Assembly: GCA_028280285.1 (NCBI GenBank)
Contig: JANQMA010000001.1
Coordinates: 7,184 to 71,183 of the forward strand
DNA length: 64,000 nt
Direction of reading: 5' to 3'
DNA from: Candidatus Omnitrophota bacterium
GTDB lineage: Bacteria > Omnitrophota > Gorgyraeia > Zapsychrales > Zapsychraceae
In this document: positions 59,950 to 64,000 of the stretch, one piece after another
How positions within the stretch are numbered: position 1 is the first letter of the stretch
Layout of the letters: each line of letters begins with the position of its first letter
The notes under the pieces: model-generated
Seen by the model: the letters and a program-made list of their open reading frames with translations, nothing else
What the model was told of the DNA's origin: nothing
The model's database searches: none
Made by a program: the position numbers and the translations under genes

Positions 59950-62403
59950 ATGCGTAATTTGTCCAACTCAGAAAAAATTGTTCCTGTTTATATCGAAGAT
60001 GAGATGAAGCAATCGTATCTGGCGTATTCGATGTCGGTTATTGTCGGGCGTGCGCTTCCTGATGTGCGCGACGGGCTTAAGCCGGTGCACCGGCGTGTGC
60101 TTTATGCGATGGATGAGCTAAGCCTTGATTATGGCAAGCCATATAAAAAGTGTGCGCGTATTGTCGGGGAGGTTCTGGGTAAGTATCATCCGCATGGCGA
60201 CTCGGCTGTGTATGATACGCTGGTGCGCATGGTGCAGGACTTTTCTATGCGTCAACCGCTTGTCGATGGGCAAGGAAACTTTGGATCGATTGATGGGGAC
60301 TCACCAGCCGCGATGCGTTACACCGAAGCGCGCATGGCCTCGATCACCCGCGAGATGTTGGTCGACATTCAAAAAGAAACCGTCGATTTTTCGCCCAACT
60401 TTGACGGATCACTGAATGAGCCGGTTGTCCTTCCGGCGGCCTTTCCTAATTTACTTGTTAACGGATCGACAGGGATTGCTGTTGGTATGGCCACCAATAT
60501 GCCGCCGCACAACTTAAGTGAAGTGTGTGACGGTGTGACCCATGTGATCGATAATCCTGGATGTACGCCAAAAGATTTGATGAAGATTGTTAAGGGGCCA
60601 GATTTCCCCACAGGGGGGATAATCTGTGGAAAAGAAGGAATCAAAAACGCCTATGAGACTGGTCGAGGTAAATTGATTGTCCGTGCGCGGGCGAATATTG
60701 AAAGACAAAAGAACTCTAGAGACTCCATTATCATTACAGAAATTCCGTATCAGGTTAACAAAGCTAATCTTATTAAGGCAACTGCTGATCTTGTTCAAAA
60801 CAAAAAGGTCGAGGGGATTAGTGATATACGCGACGAGTCGGATAAAGACGGTATCCGTGTTGTGATCGAACTAAAACGTGATTCACAGCCGCAGATCATC
60901 CTTAACTATCTCTACAAACATACACAACTGGAAACAACTTTCGGCATTATTAATCTTGCGCTTGTCAACAACAGCCCGAAAGTTCTTCCGATTAAAGATA
61001 TCATGGTCGAGTTTATCGGCCATAGACGTGTTGTTGTGCGCCGCCGGACACAGTTTGATTTGGATAAGGCGCTGCGCCGCGCGCACATATTAGAAGGATT
61101 AAGAGTCGCCATTGATAAAATCGATGCGATTATAAAAACCATCCGCGCCTCTAAGACGACACAAATTGCTAAGACGAACTTGATGAGTAAGTTCAAGTTG
61201 TCTGAAATACAGGCCCAGGCTATTTTAGAAATGCAGCTTCAAAAGTTAACAGGGTTGGAGCGCGACAAGATTGAAAACGAATACAAAGAACTTCTTAAAG
61301 CAATTAAAGAATACCGTGCGATTCTGGCATCCGAAGAAAAAATAAACAGCATCATTAAAGATGAATTGGCGGATATTAAGAAAAAGTACGGCAATGAGCG
61401 CCGCACAGAGATTGCCGCCAAGCCGGAAGAGATTGAGATGGAGGACTTGATTGCCGAGGAGGATATGGCGATTACGATTACCAATACCGGCTATATCAAG
61501 CGTATGGCGGTGTCCACTTACCGCAAACAAAAAAGAGGCGGCAAGGGTGTAACCGGCATGACGACCAAAGAAGAAGACTTTGTTAAGCAGCTTTTTGTCG
61601 CTTCATCCAAAGATTATCTTTTAATCTTTTCGGATAAAGGGACAGTGCGCTGGCTTAAGGTCTATGAAATACCGGTTGCCTCGCGTAATGCCAAGGGTAA
61701 AAATATCGTTAATCTCTTGTCGATGAAAAACGACGAGCAGATAAGTTCGATTGTTAATGTTAAAGAATTCAGCGACGACCTGTCTATTGTCATGGCTACC
61801 GCTAGTGGCAATGTTAAGAAAACAAAGCTTTCAGCCTACAGCAATCCACGTAAAGGGGGTATCGTTGGGATGGGGCTTGCGGCAGGCGACACTTTGATTG
61901 GAACCGCGATCAGTAATGGCAAACACGATATTTTATTTGCGACAAAGCAAGGCAAGTCTTTACGTTTTAACGAAAAACAAATCCGCGATATGGGTCGTTC
62001 GGCTAAGGGTGTGCGCGGCATTTCTTTAGCCAAAGGTGATCAGGTTGTCAGCATGATTGTTTTTCCAACCGATGTGGATAAAACAGGCTGCACACTTCTA
62101 ACGGTTACCGAAAACGGTTTTGCCAAGCGCAGCGACTTTGCGGCTTACCGCACACAGTCACGTGGCGGCAAGGGGATCATCAATGTTAAGGTGACCGATA
62201 AAAACGGTCCGGTTGTCGGCGCCCTTCCGGTTATGCCGGATGATGAGATTATGTCTGTCACTAAAAGCGGCATGATTGTCAAATGCGGACCGAATGACAT
62301 TCGTCAAACCGGCCGTAGTGCCGTGGGCGTGCGCATGGTGACCCTTAAAGGGGATGACAAGGTCAGCTCCGTTGCCAATGTCGTGCACAAGGAAGAAGAG
62401 TAG
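59950..62403 (+). CDS. gyrA: DNA gyrase subunit A
   Basis: 817 aa; active-site region AAMRYTE; C-terminal beta-pinwheel repeats. Confidence 0.95.
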   Translation: MRNLSNSEKIVPVYIEDEMKQSYLAYSMSVIVGRALPDVRDGLKPVHRRVLYAMDELSLDYGKPYKKCARIVGEVLGKYHPHGDSAVYDTLVRMVQDFSMRQPLVDGQGNFGSIDGDSPAAMRYTEARMASITREMLVDIQKETVDFSPNFDGSLNEPVVLPAAFPNLLVNGSTGIAVGMATNMPPHNLSEVCDGVTHVIDNPGCTPKDLMKIVKGPDFPTGGIICGKEGIKNAYETGRGKLIVRARANIERQKNSRDSIIITEIPYQVNKANLIKATADLVQNKKVEGISDIRDESDKDGIRVVIELKRDSQPQIILNYLYKHTQLETTFGIINLALVNNSPKVLPIKDIMVEFIGHRRVVVRRRTQFDLDKALRRAHILEGLRVAIDKIDAIIKTIRASKTTQIAKTNLMSKFKLSEIQAQAILEMQLQKLTGLERDKIENEYKELLKAIKEYRAILASEEKINSIIKDELADIKKKYGNERRTEIAAKPEEIEMEDLIAEEDMAITITNTGYIKRMAVSTYRKQKRGGKGVTGMTTKEEDFVKQLFVASSKDYLLIFSDKGTVRWLKVYEIPVASRNAKGKNIVNLLSMKNDEQISSIVNVKEFSDDLSIVMATASGNVKKTKLSAYSNPRKGGIVGMGLAAGDTLIGTAISNGKHDILFATKQGKSLRFNEKQIRDMGRSAKGVRGISLAKGDQVVSMIVFPTDVDKTGCTLLTVTENGFAKRSDFAAYRTQSRGGKGIINVKVTDKNGPVVGALPVMPDDEIMSVTKSGMIVKCGPNDIRQTGRSAVGVRMVTLKGDDKVSSVANVVHKEEE

Positions 62404-62410
62404 TAACGCT

Positions 62411-64000
62411 TTAGTACGCCATCACAAAAGGGCGCTTGCCTCCACGCACATCAACAGCGAATTCGGCAAACGCCACTTCATGAAAACTCATTTCGATTAG
62501 TTGTTTTCTTTCCACGCCATCAGACATTGCAAGAATTTCTTTATCTTTTGCCCGTAATACCTCATAGCCTGGTTTAAACAAATCGGCTTTATGCGCGCGG
62601 GTGACCGACAGTAAAACTGTTGCTAAAGAAAGAATAAGCCCAATTTTTAAAACAGTTGTCACACATTTTTTCTGTGTCAGAACGGTCAGGAACATCAAAA
62701 CAATCGGGATATAAAGAAACCGGCTTTGTTGTGTGCCGAACCACCACGTGATCCAATAGACAATGATAAAAAGGGGAATAAGCGCGACCGATTTGTCTTT
62801 TAAAGACTTGATGACAAAAATAACAAACGGACCAAGCACGAGCAGATACGGAAGACCGACGGGATAATCGAAGATATTATTAACCCCTTTGTTGGGAACG
62901 GCAATTAACCACAAGTGTTTGATAAAGTTAAGGGGCGATGTTCCTGCGCCGTATAAGTCTTTAAAGGCAATCATTTCTTGGGCATTGTCTTTCATGGACT
63001 GCATCTGGATTTTATTTGTATTTCCACCGGTAATAGTGAGGCTGCCAACACCTAAAGGGTAAAGCGGGGTCCCGGCGTGTATTAAAGACTTTGTTATGAA
63101 AGGCCCTGCGAGGATGACGCCAAGAACAATAAATCCTATACATGTTTTTCCCAATCCTTTGTGATAAGAAAAATTAAGCCTATTTTCCTCGGCGGGATTA
63201 AAGATAAGCGCTGTTTTGGCAAAACCAAACTTTTTTAACACAAGACAAACAACGAGCATAATAATGGCAATCACAGTAAACTGAACAGGAAGAAGAGGCT
63301 TGGCCCAAAAAAGAAAAGAAAATTCGATAAGCGCGAATGCATGGTTTTTGCGCAAGAAGCTATCTAAAGTCGCAAGCAATAAATAACAAAGAATAATATC
63401 AAGCATGGCTGTGCCCATTTGAATGCCGATAAAGTGACTCCCGGCAACCGCAAACACGCCCAACAAAGCCGGCTTAACCGAATCTGGGCGGAAATAGGTG
63501 AATAGCCGCGCGGTTACGGCAAGCAAACCCATCAAGAAAATAAACTGAGGGATTTTGTTGGGCAGGGGTGTTGCCAGCCAATAGGGGGCCAGGGCATAAT
63601 CAACAGGCATCAGAAACAAATCGGCGGTTGCCCAGGGAATAAGAGCGAATGATTCTAAAATGATGTGCTGGCGCGGAAGCGTTATATGATAATTAAGAAC
63701 ATCATATTCTTGCAATAGGTGCGGTGGCAAGAGCGAAGCAAAGAAACTTATAAAAAGAATGGCTGCACAAAGAATGCTTCCGATAGAGAAAATCGTTTTA
63801 GAAAACCATGAAGCCTCTTTAAACTTTGCCCATAACCCCGATAGATGTGCGGGGATCTTTTTTCCGCAGCCTAGGAGCGCCCATAAGCAGATAAGACCAA
63901 ACAAGCCCCAAGCCAGAAAAGACGTATGCCCACCCTGATCAGGAATAAAATAGAGTTCAATCCAATACAGAGGGTATCCGATGATAAGAAGATAAGTCGG
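62411..64000 (-). CDS. polytopic integral membrane protein (function unknown; N-terminus beyond the window edge)
   Basis: Frame stays open upstream of the TTG at 63904 to the window edge. At least 12 hydrophobic segments. Convergent with gyrA with only a 7-nt gap. Confidence 0.6.
   Translation of the reverse strand, partial: PTYLLIIGYPLYWIELYFIPDQGGHTSFLAWGLFGLICLWALLGCGKKIPAHLSGLWAKFKEASWFSKTIFSIGSILCAAILFISFFASLLPPHLLQEYDVLNYHITLPRQHIILESFALIPWATADLFLMPVDYALAPYWLATPLPNKIPQFIFLMGLLAVTARLFTYFRPDSVKPALLGVFAVAGSHFIGIQMGTAMLDIILCYLLLATLDSFLRKNHAFALIEFSFLFWAKPLLPVQFTVIAIIMLVVCLVLKKFGFAKTALIFNPAEENRLNFSYHKGLGKTCIGFIVLGVILAGPFITKSLIHAGTPLYPLGVGSLTITGGNTNKIQMQSMKDNAQEMIAFKDLYGAGTSPLNFIKHLWLIAVPNKGVNNIFDYPVGLPYLLVLGPFVIFVIKSLKDKSVALIPLFIIVYWITWWFGTQQSRFLYIPIVLMFLTVLTQKKCVTTVLKIGLILSLATVLLSVTRAHKADLFKPGYEVLRAKDKEILAMSDGVERKQLIEMSFHEVAFAEFAVDVRGGKRPFVMAY

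Overview
Low-GC bacterial chromosomal segment that ends at the replication origin. Genes left of about 54.2 kb are almost all on the minus strand; dnaA, dnaN, a DUF721 (DciA-like) ORF, gyrB and gyrA follow on the plus strand. DnaA-box clusters sit on both sides of dnaA, and a pair of parS sites lies just upstream of parA-parB. The largest block (3.8-18.4 kb) is nitrogen assimilation: gltB-gltD, nadE, a class-I glutamine amidotransferase, type III glutamine synthetase, glnB, amtB and a GAF-GAF-ANTAR regulator. Next to it is a complete Na+-NQR operon (nqrA-F) with a convergent NqrM-like mini-ORF. The rest is housekeeping: sucCD, a GH65 phosphorylase with otsB and pgmB, gltX, ymdB-rny, 5-FCL, pheST, trkAH, rplT-rpmI-infC-thrS, three tRNAs (Val, Leu, Cys), coaC-rpoZ-gmk-yicC-ndk, jag-yidC-rpmH, and glpK-glpD at the left edge. 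No mobile elements, CRISPR arrays or defence islands were seen. The noteworthy non-coding signals are (i) identical sigma70-like promoters followed by hairpin/U-tract leader elements in front of glnN and amtB, beside the ANTAR regulator; (ii) two families of intergenic palindromic repeats; (iii) a GC-rich 270-bp gap upstream of 5-FCL where 6S RNA is classically encoded; and (iv) the oriC and parS signals. All calls rest on reading the sequence; no searches were run.
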